From Marsupella aquatica (lineage: Eukaryota > Plantae > Marchantiophyta): a stretch of DNA of 64,000 nt. The notes beneath the pieces are model-generated. The model did no database searches, had not been told where the DNA came from, and saw only the letters and a program-made list of their open reading frames with translations. The position numbers and the translations under genes are program-made. Shown here piece after piece: positions 1-11,966 of the stretch. Positions within the stretch are counted from its first letter, which is position 1. Each line of letters starts with the position of its first letter. The stretch is from contig OZ316894.1 of NCBI GenBank assembly GCA_973895155.1, positions 15,678,699-15,742,698 on the forward strand, in the 5' to 3' direction.

Positions 1-3000
1 ATTACTCCTTGACCCTAAAGGTTTCCGCTTTTTCTTCTTTTCTGGTTCGGCAGCTGGTCCCTTCCCCTTCCCACTTACCTCCGGCACTGGTGCAGTTGGC
101 GCGGCTTTTTCTTCGGCCAGTACCACTCCTGGTAACTTGGTTGCCCCAATTGGAGTTGGGCCTGATGAAGACAAGCACCTAAATACTGCGGCTTGTTTCT
201 TCAGCCGCTCCGTTTGGTTGTCGGCCCGCCGCTGGAGGTTCTCCATCTTCCTCGTGATTTCCTCCAACTCCTCCTGGGTCTCATCCAGGTCCTTGCGTGC
301 CTCCTCTAGTTCCTTCTGGGCTTCCTCCCGTTCTTGTTTCAAGGTAGTCCTCTCCTCCTGGGTTGCTTTTAGCTCCTTGTCGAGCTCTGCAATGATGACA
401 GACTCCATCTGGTTCATCTTGGCGTAAGTCTGTTCGAGCATCTCGTCCTTCTCCCTTAGGTCGGCCTTGAAGCTGGCCGTCAGGGACGCAAGCTCCTGCT
501 GCAGCGCCATAATCCCTTGATAGGATTTCCCTAACTCGGCCTCCTTCTGCTCAAGGGCTCCGCGGATTTTCTCGAGCTCCCCTTTCAACGCCCATTCCTT
601 TCTTTGGGTCTCCGCCATGGCCCGGTTGTTGGCTGTTATGTGGGCCTCCTCTGTATTCTTCAGCTCTTGCTTCCACTTCTCCCTCTCTTTGATCGTGTCG
701 GCCAACTCTTCCTGCGTCTGAGTCAGTTTATCCTTGATATTCTGATTATCAGCCTGCGCGGTGTCCAACTGCCCCTGCATGATGTTCAGCTCATGTCGTT
801 TAATCCGCAGTTCATCTTGGGCTTTCTTGGCCGCCCTTAGATCTTCAATCTCGGCTTCCATCCTCCTAAGCCGCCGAATGACCTCGTCCTTCTTGCTTCT
901 CTCTAAAGCCACCGCTTCTTCTAATTGGTGCTTCTCCAACTGCTCCCTATGGAAAAAGGGTCCTACCTCCAACTCCTCTCCAAAGATGCCAAGCGCAAGT
1001 TCCCCACACATCTCACCACACTCCATGGCTCTATTCTTAGCGTAGGTGGAGTAAGTAGAAGTGATCGGCATCGCCCATCGCGGCCTCTGCTCCCAAGCCG
1101 TCCTGCGGATCTCTTCAATCGTGGCTAGAGGTTTGCTTCCTTTTTTGGCTAGCCGCCTGATGTCCTCCGGCCAATCTCCTCCTGGTAAATCCTTTTCCTT
1201 AGCCAGGGCGGCCTCCTCCTCCTGCTTGATTCGCTCCTGAAATTCCTGCACCGTCTGTTTTATGCCATCGAAGCTCGGGGGAGCAACATCTGGTGGGGGA
1301 GACTCAGGGCTACTCTGCTGGTTGGGGTCCCCTCGCACTACCCTTGGAAGTGTGGGGACAAACCGGCCACAGGTCCTTACTCCTGGAACGTGATGGTCCG
1401 ACCCATAGCCAGAATTATCATGGCTGCAGTCCTCCACTGCCTCCTCTACCTCTTGGACGTCCGGCTTCTCCCTCTCCTCTTCGTCGGTAGGAGCTTCAGG
1501 CAATTCTGCCTCAGATTCGGAGCTTGAGGTTCCCACGTACATTCGAACACCTGGCTTGGATTCCGGCCTGATTCTCTCCTTGTCTCCAGCAAAGGGGTTT
1601 TCTCTTGTGAGCCGGTGTAGGCCTACCTCTGTAGTAGTGTCCTGCATTGTTGCCGTTGCCGTTGTTGTTGCCGATGCCGATTTCTTTTCTTTCTCCAGTA
1701 GTTTCAGCAGACTCTGCATGCCTGGTTGCTGCATCGGCAAGTCTTCCTTCCTGGGCCTAAACACCTGCTCGATCGTAGGACTAACAGGTGGTTGAGGCTT
1801 CTCAACCAACGGCCTCGGCGTTGGAGCTTCCTCGGGTGCCCTTACCTGCAGGGGAAGTACCGGGGCAAAAGTCTGACCTCTGGCATACCGGCACAACAGC
1901 GGCATGTGATAGCCCAGCCGCGACACGCTCCCCATGCCGATTACCTGCTGCTCCTCCTTTAAGATCTTCTTCAATTGGTTGAGGAGGTACCCGTTGTAGT
2001 CCCGGCTTGGGTCTGGCCTTTCTGCCAGATAGACCTGTGCCTTGCCGATCTCTGCCCTCGGCAAGTTACAATGCATGGTCACCCGCAAGAAGTCGATCAT
2101 CTCTCCTATGTGCGGGTTGGTGCAGGTGTTCCGGAAGAAGCCATTCTTCGTTGATGGCCCGGGGAACGACCGGAACTCCTTGTCAGGCAAGGTCTTCCTG
2201 GTATCAACTTTGGTCTTATTGCCTATCGGCAGGCCAAACACTTCGGCAATTACCTTGGGAGTAAGATAGAAATCCTTCCCATATATCCTCGTGCAATTGG
2301 TCTCGGGTTCCCATGACCCCACGAATTCTAATAGGTCTGACTCCGGTACCTCCGGCTTCAGCCATGGTAATCTTACAAAGGCCTCCAAGCCGGATCCGGC
2401 CATGAAGCCTTGGTACTTCTTGGTCTGCATGGCCGTAAAGCATGCATCCTCCTCCCGTGCAAAATGTAGTTGCACCTCCACCGGTAGGGTTGCCGCCCAA
2501 CCCTTCCAGGTGTCATCCCTGGTTGGAATGGCCTTGATGGGATCGACCTCCTCCTCTTCGGCTTCTCCCTACCTCCTGCTCTGCTGCTCGGCTGGCTTCT
2601 TTGGTGCCGCCGACCTCGTTCTTTTTGCCGGGGTGGCTTCATCGTTGACGGCTCCCTTCCTCTTCATCTCTGCTGCCGTGGAGGTTTCTCCTAGCACCAT
2701 TGCCCGGGTCCACCTTTCCGTGCTACCCTTTAATTCCCAATGTATGTCGTTGCAGTTCTTGATGGCCTCTCGGATGCCGACGACGCTGTCTTTGCAAAAC
2801 AAAAGATCGTCGAGTTGATTGGAAGTAGGCGTCCACAGGAACTCGCCCTTGATGAGTTCGCCTCCTAAGAAAGCCGTCTTCTGCAGCTCCCACAATCGAG
2901 CGAGCTCCTACCGTTCTCGAGCTGCCCTTTCTAATTCCTCGTCCTCGTAAGTCTTGATGTACTCAGTTGCCCGTTCGAACAGGCATCCCCAGAAATGTGC

Positions 3001-3279
3001 CGCTTGATTGACGTTGCTCATACCCTCCTTAGGTCGATCGTCGGTATCTATTCTCTCCCCGAGTGCTTGCCTAAGCAGCTGACAGTAGTTGGCCTCCCGT
3101 AGTCGTCTGCCTAGTTCGTGCTCGCAAATGAGCCACCATCTCCTGCAAGCGCTCCTTACCCCTCTCCTCTGCCGGTCCTTCTTCCCGTTGATCCTTCCTA
3201 GCCGCCGACGCTTAACGTGCCCTAACCCTAATCGGGTTTTCACCCTTAGCCTTACCTCCGGCCTCGGCCCGGGTTCCAT
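1..3279 (-). pseudogene. LTR-encoded PMD-like/coiled-coil protein, copy 1 (stops at 2908-2910 and 2569-2571; truncated by window edge)
   Basis: ORFs 2908-3279 and 2569-2895 continue in the same frame to position 1, homologous to 11967-15710. Confidence 0.8.
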
Positions 3280-3394
3280 GGTTGCCCCTAATTGTTTATA
3301 TTTTCCTTGTTTTGTCCCTATACTAAGGTGTTCCTAGGGTGCCTTCCTGCTTTACCCACTTAACCGGCCAAGTGATTCCTGTCTAGGCATCACA
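1..3394 (-). mobile_element. Partial giant LTR (5' or solo LTR) of a second copy of the Gypsy family at 11852-27586; runs off the left edge
   Basis: Reverse complement of TGTGATGCCTAGACAGG ends at 3394 and the sequence is near-identical to 11852-15270. The flank is not the family PPT, so this is not a 3' LTR. Confidence 0.93.
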
Positions 3395-4028
3395 CAAACA
3401 TATTACCAAACTCCTGGAATCGCAAATATGGAACTGCTCGATTATTATCGCAAGCCTATCGCGACGCCCACGGAGTCGCTTAAATGTGAGTCCTTCCCGA
3501 TTCTATTCGTGTCGCAAGTTGCGAAGGCATTGTGAAGGTCTTGCGAAAGACCGGATGCGAACCTTTGGGCTTCGCAGTTTGCGATTCTATTGTGATGTGC
3601 GATACTTCACAAAGGCGAGTGTTGTTTTTCGATTTCCTTTGTTGTTTGCGATGCTTTCAAGTTCGCAAAAGGTGTAGGTAGTGTTGTAGTGGATGGTACC
3701 ATTGCCAACATGCCTCCTCCCAACCAGGTATTGGCGGCTCGGCGTGAGAGGTACGCCAGAAACAAAGACGCCATTAATGAAAGGCGTTGGGAGAGGCAAG
3801 CGCAGCGTCGGCAACAACAAAATGGGGTGCTTGGGTGCTTGAAATAATGGAGGGGCTCCAATTGGTGGGGTTCGGGCATAAGCGAGCGCTCAACCAAACT
3901 TGGTTGCACGCGTCAACAGTGGGAGACAACTTCATCACGAGGCTCGGGGCCAAGGGCAAGCATTGGAAAGACCCCATGCAATTTCCAACAGTAGTGTTGG
4001 TGATCCGATCACATTGGCCCTTCAACAA

Positions 4029-4352
4029 GGCTTTACACCGTGCTAGGAAATAGGAAAATTATTTCCCATTATAAGCAAAAATTTATTGTTACAAGCAAAA
4101 ATGAAATATAAGAAATGTCTCATTAAAACTCAAATTTTTCAAAATATTTTTAGAAACTATCATTTTTGGCTAGCGTCAGGTGCTACTATTACTAGCTTTG
4201 GGCGCTAGTAAAAAAATGTCAAAAATACAAACCAAAAAAAAAATTCCAAAAAAAATTCTCAAAAAATTCTCAAAAAATTCTCATCCATTTGTTGTTTAGT
4301 GTTTGTTGTTTGTTGTTTCCTTTTTCCTGTTTCCTGGCACGGTGGTTATACC
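4029..4352. mobile_element. Small non-autonomous MULE-type element (MITE-like) related to the large MULE
   Basis: Inverted repeats CACCGTGCYAGGAAAYAGGAAAA at ~4036-4058 and ~4322-4344. The right end CACGGTGGTTAT matches the large MULE right end. Two degenerate TAGCG-N5-CGCTA palindromes at 4171 and 4193. Degenerate 9-bp TSD CTTCAACAA/CCTCATCAA. Confidence 0.6.
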
Positions 4353-4670
4353 CCTCATCAATGGGGCAATGGAGGACGGGTTTGATGAACATGCTGTGGG
4401 GGAATTATATGATGCCGAGGAAGATTATCTCAACGATGGGGATGGTGAATTTGACACTTTTGTCGAGGGCACCTTGGAGTTGTCAAGTGGGGAAAGAGAA
4501 CCGGATGTAGTGCCTGATGTTAGTCTGAAGTGGAGAGTTTGGCAGCTGCACGAGTCACACCTGCATTGTGGAGCGAAGAGGAAATAGCGCGACAAAGATG
4601 GAGGGCACAACTAATCAGTCATCTTCCCAAGGCCCAAAGGCCGTTGGATCCTCACTTGGCCTGACATTGT

Positions 4671-6943
4671 TTGGGGTGTATGGACGTGGTTTGCCGCACA
4701 TGTGGGGCACTTCATTGGCTGGAGGAATGCAAAAAGGGCACCAAAAACAATCCCATGTTTAGTGCCTACTGTGCAGACGGCAAGGTTAAATTGCCTCCTT
4801 TTGGTGCCTCACCAGAGCCTTTGCAAAGCTTAATACAAGGCAAGACAATCTTGGGAAGAATTTTTGCAACAACATAAGAGGTTATAACAATGCCTTGGCG
4901 TTTACCTCCATTGGTGTAAAAGTGGATGAGCGCAATAATAGTCAAGAACCATTGATACTCCTTTTTTATCCAAGGAGCATTGTACCATCTTGCAGGGAGC
5001 CTTTTGCCCCCTACAGGAGAAGGACCCAAATTTGCGCAACTGTACATTTATGACACTGCCAATGAAGCGGGGAACAGGTACATCTCCTCGATCCCGCGAC
5101 CACTTGCTTTTCCATCTTGCTCAACTATATTTTCATATATCTCCAACTTGAGTGGTTCTAATTGTTTTTGTTGCAGACTGAACCAAATGCCGCACTTGGA
5201 TCCAAGCATACTGGCTCAACTACAAGGCATGTTGCACGAACATAATGGATAATTATGTGCATCTATTTAAGAATATGGGAAGCTGGATTGAGGGGGCCAA
5301 TGTGCCAGAGGTATCTTTACGCCTCATGGCTGAGCGCGACATTGATCCAAGGCGTTATAACAAGTCCATGGCCAATGAGATTGGTGTTGTCATGGTGGGT
5401 GACGAAGATATAAAAGTATGCTATAGGGACATCATCCTTAGGCAGACGGATGGGCAATTGCGTAGGATCTCTGAGTGGCATAGGTTTTATGCGCCACTCC
5501 ACTATGTTCTTTTTTTTCCGCAAGGCCAAGACAGACGGTCATATGATATCCCGTTGACGGGCTTTGAAATGGGTGATAAAGTTCTTCATCAAGCTGATGT
5601 TGGGGCAAGGACCGAGGCAAGGACTGGACATAACTGATCCAAGAAGGTCACCCAACTGCAATACTTTGCATACCATCTTCATGCACGATGTAATGATGAT
5701 TGGCTCCTTCGTGGTGGACGGCTCCTCAAGCAATACATTGTTGATGCCTACGCATGCATTGATCAAACACGCTTGACTATATCCGTACCAATCAACAAAA
5801 ATTGTGGACGGACCTTTATTTGGGCCTTCAAGACGCCGTGCACGAGGGAGATGCACGTGCAAGTGAGTTGGGCAAGACTTTCATTCTACCCTCAACTTAT
5901 GGTGGTAGTGCACGTAGTATGGCCCAGGCATACTAAAATGCCATGGCTGTGGTATGCACATACGGCCCCCCAGATCTCTTCATCACGTTCACTTGCAATC
6001 CAAAATGGCTGGAGATCAAAGCAGAGTGCTTTGAGGTTCAGAGTCCAGCCAACCGGGATGAAATTATGGCACGATGCTTCAAATTGAAGCTAAGGGCATT
6101 GTTGGCAGAGGTTTGCCAAGGGGTCTTAGGAAGGCCCATTGCCTCTATGTATGTTCCAAAAGTGTGGGTTGCCTCATGCCCACACGTTGATCATTTTGGC
6201 GGAGCAACATCAGATTCGCACCCCTGACGAGGTGGATGAGTTGGTGTGTGCCAAGATCCCTAATAGAGTAAAATATCATTGGCTTCATGAGATGATAACC
6301 AAGTGCATGGTCCATGGTCCATACGGCATAGGTTATCCAAACTCGCCGTGCATGGGAGATGGGAAGTGCACTCAAAAATATCCTCGCAAATTCTCCTCAA
6401 AGACACAATTTGGGGACTGAGGCTATCCTTTGTATCGGCGTCGAGACAATGGGCAGTCATTCAGCAATGAGAGGAATGAATTTAAGTTTGACAATAGGTG
6501 GGTTGTTCTCTACAGCCCATACTTGAGCATGAAATGCAATGCTCACATCAACGTGGAGATTTTTTGTTCCATTAAGGTGATTAAGTACTTATACAAGTAT
6601 ATATTTATGGGGCATGATTGGACGACGATGGAAGTTGGAGAGTTGCAGGATGAAATCAAGACACATCTTGATGCACGCTATGCGTCTGCGGCGGAAGGGA
6701 CGTGCCAAATTTTCCAATTCAAAATGGCAGGGAGTAGTACTTCTGTCCAACGTCTCCAAGTGCATTGTGAAAGGGAGCAAGTAGTAATGTTCAATGAAGA
6801 TGCAGACATTGTAGATGTGGTTGAAAGGGAATCGGACAAGGACACCATTTTGACAGGATGGTTCAAGGCAAATGCAATGTTTGAATCGACACGTCATATC
6901 ACTTACACAAATTCCCCTCAAGAATTGACGTGGAACAAGGCTC
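4671..6943 (+). pseudogene. Helitron RepHel, N-terminal/Rep (HUH endonuclease) part, frameshifted
   Basis: CRTCGALHW Zn motif, PKFAQLYIYD, YAPLHYVLFFP, YGPPDLFITFTCNPKW, FQKCGLPHAHTL (HUH), NAHINVE, KYLYKYI. Probable intron ~5078-5176. Confidence 0.9.
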
Positions 6944-7239
6944 TGTTGGAAACCATCAGCTCAAACTATGCAGCAATGCGGAAACATGAGAATGCACATA
7001 ATCTCAAACTACACCTACAAGACACCAATGATGGAGAAACTCTTGAAGGATCCATAGCTCATGAGAAAGAACATGTGAAGAATGAGGGAGAGAATGCTCT
7101 CCCTCCAACCTATACCCCCCAAGGGGGACTAAGATGTGTGGGCCTAAATAAGTAAATCTTATCCTAAACTAACCAAGGGTCAACTAACCCTAGTAAGGCC
7201 AAACTAACTAAAGCCGGGAACTCGAGTCAATTCCTAACA
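6944..7239 (-). repeat. Copia 3' LTR
   Basis: TGTTGG...CTAACA, direct repeat of 48588-48870. Adjacent purine tract AGTCAAGGTGGAGAT on the minus strand at ~7240-7254. Confidence 0.93.
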
Positions 7240-7306
7240 ATCTCCACCTTGACTCCAGTTCACATAATGAGTCAGGTGATATACAATATGTAAGTAAGTA
7301 ACATAT

Positions 7307-9344
7307 CTACATAGTCTCCGATTTGGCCCTAACATTAATAATATCCACACAATGACTAAAGCTACTGGTAGGTAAAACTTTGGTAAGCATGCTTGCCGCA
7401 TTCTCCTCTGAAGCCACCTTCTCCACAAACATTTGCTTTGTCTCAATCACCTCATGGATGAAGTGATAACGAATATCAATGTACTTTGTCCTAGCATGGA
7501 ACACAGGGTTCTTAGCCAGATGCAAAGCACTTTGACTATCACACAACAACATTGGTCTTTTAGGTGAAAGACCCATATCACTCACCAATCTCTGTAGCCA
7601 TATCAGCTCCTTGGTTGCCTCACAAGCAGCCATGTACTCAACCTCAGTAGTAGACAACGCAACACATGATTGAGTTGCCGACTTCCAGCTGATACAACCT
7701 CCACCTAGCATAAACACATAGCCTATAGTAGACTTCCTATTATCCAAGTTACCAACATAATCTGAATCTACAAAACCTTCCAACTCTAATGTAGAGTTTG
7801 CTTTACCTTCAAAGAAAATCCCACAATCTAAGGTACCTTTCAGATATCGCAGAACCCACTTCACTGCTTCCCAGTGAAGTTTACCAAGGTTTGCCATAAA
7901 TCTGCTCAAAATGCTAATAGCATGGGCAATGTCAGGTCTAGTGCATGTCATCGCATACATCAAACTACCCACGACACTATCATAGGAAACATGTTTCATA
8001 GCCAGGCTATTACTCTCACTAGAAGGGCAATCATTCTTTGAGAGTTTAAAGTGGGAAGCCGATAGAGTACCAAGTGACTGGTTTTGCATTCTCCATCCCA
8101 TACTTGGCAAGTACCTTCTCCAAATACTGCCTCTACGACAACCATAATTGCCTCTGCTCCCTATCACGATGAATCTCCATCCCTAGGATCCTTCATTGAG
8201 AACTCCTCACTTAACATTGCTTTTAGATGGGCAACATCAGACTTATTCTCAGCTAGGATAAGCATGTCATCCACCTATAGTGCCAGGACAATGTAACCAA
8301 AGCGTGAGTAATTCTCCACCTCCTTCATGTAAATATAACAATCATGTTCACTCCACGTGAACCCTTGAGACATCATGAAGGAATCAAAATGCTTATTCCA
8401 TTGTCTGGGACTCTGCTTCAATCCATCTAACGAGCGCAAGAGTTGACAAACCAAGTGTCTAGTCTTCTCGTCAATGAAACCTAGAGGCTGAGCCATATAA
8501 ATCTCCATGTCAAGCAATCCATGCAGGAAAGCAGTAATTACATCCATTTGATCTAATTCCAGATCATAGAATGCCACAATCGCAAGTAAAACATGGATAG
8601 TAGCGAGTTTGACAACTGGTGAGAAAATCTCCGTGTAGTCCAAGCCCTCCTTTTGGGTGTACCCTTTGGCCACAAGGCGTGCCTTGTAATTACCATCCTG
8701 CTTCTTCTTGTACAACCATCAACACGAAACCAGTGTCTTTTCGGGAGGCATGTCAGTTAAGCGCCAAGTTGAATTCTTCTTCAAAGAATTCATCTCCTTC
8801 AACATCGCCTCCATCCACTTATCCTTTTCTAGAGAGGCCATAGCTTCTTCATAGCTAGAGGGGTCTCCATCTTCAGTGAGCAGTATAACACCGGGATCAC
8901 CGTCGCGTTCAACTATGTGAACACGAGGATAAGCAAGGGGGTTGGCCAAGATTGGCCCTTGTGGAATGCCTTAATTGAGGAACTGCACCCCTACCAGAGG
9001 TTCCAGCAACTTCCTCAACACCATCAAGCTCCACCATAGTGGGTTCCTCCACCTGCTCCTCCTAATTATTCCGGGGTCTTGACAACCATTCTTCGTCAAA
9101 AACAACATTTTTGCTCACTATTACCTTGCAATCGATAGGATCCCTGAATTTATAGCCCTTCTGCCCAGGACTAAAGCCTAGAAAAATACATTTCTTAGAC
9201 TTGGGATCCAACTTAGACTTGTGTGTCTATTCAATGTGAACATAGGCAGCACACCCAAAAACTCGGAGTCTAGAGTAATCAGCAGGTCTCTTATACCATA
9301 ACTCAAATGGAGTTTGCATCAACTTGTTACTGTGTGGTGACAAA
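7307..9344 (-). pseudogene. Copia pol 3' part (end of integrase, RT, RNase H), degraded
   Basis: LRVFGCAAYVHI, YKARLVAKGYTQKEGLDY, QMDVITAFLHG, GLKQSPRQW, VGSLMYAMTCTRPDIA, LCDSQSALHL, IDIRYHFI. Confidence 0.92.
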
Positions 9345-11966
9345 TTGTAGACGGAGGGTTTTGACGGTGACAGCAAACAGCAAATAGAAAACAGCAAACA
9401 GCAAAGCTCATAACAGCCAAAGACTGCACCCAAAAATCTTCCAAAAACCTCCATTTTTTGCAACATAAAATTGAAACATCTAATCTCCTTGTTTTTGAAA
9501 CACATCGTATTACTAGCGCCCGACGCTACAGTGGTGTAACAGTCTCCAAAAATGAACCTCATTCTAAACATGAGGACGGAAAAGTACGCCAAAAGCCTAT
9601 ATACTAGCGCCTGGCGCTAGTATACGGTTAAATTTAAGAAAATAGAGAATGGGACGCAGGCGCTTTATAAGATTGCCGCCTTATAATCCGTTCCAAGTGA
9701 ACATGTAAACTTCCCAGAGGAAAGTATACTCTTAAAACAATCTCCACGTCATCTGTCTCCCTTTATAAACACCAATGAAAATTACATGTCTGCACAATAG
9801 CGCCATATATCTCTATCCAAAAACTATTTTTAAAGTCTGCCTACCCATCAGATTCTGAATCAGTTGTATCTAGTTCTGATTCTTCTTCACTGCTTTGTGA
9901 TCTATTAGTGGACTCAGCTTCGTCGTCAACATACTTGCTTGGCACGATGTCGTTGACATACCGGTTATTCAAAAACTTCCTATCCGAACCCCTTTTGAGC
10001 CTCAGGCCTTTACTTTCCCAAGTTAGCATCCTCACAGAATCTGCTTGTCGAGCCACCTTTTCTGCATAAGAAGGCAAGACAAAAGGCTTCTCCGGGGTTT
10101 CTATTGCATTCCTAGCGACTTTCCTCCGTAGTTGGAAGCGCTTCCGAAGATTCCACTCAGACCTGGAAAGTTGAATCCGATATCTTTAGTCGGATCTGGG
10201 AAAATGGTGGAATTTTGGAGACATAATGTCACCCTATAAAAGAAAAAGAAAAAGACAGTGAAGTTGGAGATCATTACTCATAAGACTCTTCACTATCCTC
10301 AGATTCAGAAGACCCGAGGTTCACCACTTTCTTGGAGGCACCATCATCTTTGGACTGTTGAGTACCGTCGCCTCCATCATCATCCTCGTCAGAATCAAAA
10401 TTAAGAACAGCACGGAGTCTGTCATGCTTCTTACTTCCAACCTGCCGATGTGAAGGCGTGGACGTGGTGGCTTCTTTGTTCTCAAGAAGTCCAAAGAAAA
10501 TTTTTGTGGCAGTGTCAAGAAACTCCTTACGATTTTCAATCCCAACTACAAACCTCCCACAATGATCTCCAACAAAAAATGTACTTCCAGCCCCGACTAT
10601 CCAGTCCATGACAATATCACCAGGCAGGGTAATTAATTCTAAAATTGACTTCATGAAACTGACAGGCAGCCTTGAATTCCTAGCAAATGCAAGCTCCAGA
10701 AGAGGATCATTTTTTGGCACGGGAAAACCAATGAGATTGGTTATGGAAGGATCCTCTATATGTGATAGAGGGCGATATTTGGGATCCTTTGGGACCCTAC
10801 ATTTGGACGAAACACGCCCAAAAATATTGAGCGTGAGCGTAAAAACCTACACGTCAAAAAATGCTTTGTTCAGAATAAGCACCAGATACTTGTTTGAGAT
10901 ACAAAACGATCCAGCAAGAGGAAATGTCGCACTAGCGCCTAGCGCTAGCGTAACCTTCAAGAATAAAGGAGGGAACAACACATAATTTTAGAATAGCGCC
11001 CGATGCTAATATGCGTACCTGAATATCAGAGCGAGGCCTGTACATCGGGGTACCCATCATAACATTGTGTGTCAAGATACACTGAAATTTTTGCAAATCT
11101 TGACAAGCTGCAATGACTTCGGAGACTTGGTCATAGTCGCCCCTGTGCAAAATCTCTAGCAATCCATCATCTGCTAGGAAAGGATCCATTGTTCTGAAGA
11201 AGGAACTTGGCATGGTATAATCTTGAAGGTTCCATTTAGGAACCTTCCTTTCCACAAGTGTTGGTTTCAAGCCAGTCGGAAGATATATGAAACCAGCATC
11301 AACTCCAAAAGCCCTTTCCTTTCCTCCATGGACAACCCCTTTTGCTCGATCCCCAGACTTCACCAGCTCTTTCCCCCAACCTTCAATATTAGAAACCCAA
11401 TCCGGCTTCTCTCCCTTGTTAAATAGCGAATCAAAACATTCTATAACACTTGACTCCACAAAACAATGTCGAGTACACTTCTGTTTGAAATTCCCTACAT
11501 CTCTCTGCAATCCAGTTGACGCAACCGAATCTCGAGAAGAAGATCCTAGCCTATCATCAACTGCTCCTCTCTTTTTCTTCTTCTTCATACTTGTAGCGTC
11601 CACAAGAACCACTGCCTGTCCACTCTCCTCAGGGGTTCCTGGATCTGGTGTATTTTCCGCACCAGTATTGGCTTTAGAGGCCTGAGGAGTAGCGTCCCCT
11701 TTAACATCACCGGTGGCATCCGACTTCCTTCCCCCTGAAAGACATAGAAACATTAGTAAACAGATCTGGATCTAGTAATAGCGCTCGACGCTAGTATCAA
11801 TCGGGGTCATACTGAATCCTATGGGGTATACTTACTTTTTTTATGAGAGCGTGTGATGCCTAGACAGGAATCACTCGGCCGGTTAAGTGGGTAAAGCAGG
11901 AAGGCACCCTAGGAACACCTTAGTATAGTGACAAAACAAGGAAAATATAAACAATTAGGGGCAACC

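Noticed and set aside
137-2818. Many short plus-strand ORFs, mirrored at 12428-15950 and 23431-26905 on minus
   Set aside because: They are antisense shadows of the LTR-encoded ORF and recur only because the LTR is repeated.
6944-7155. C-terminal extension of the Helitron ORF 6430-7155
   Set aside because: Read-through into the Copia LTR; the true frame resumes at 48876.
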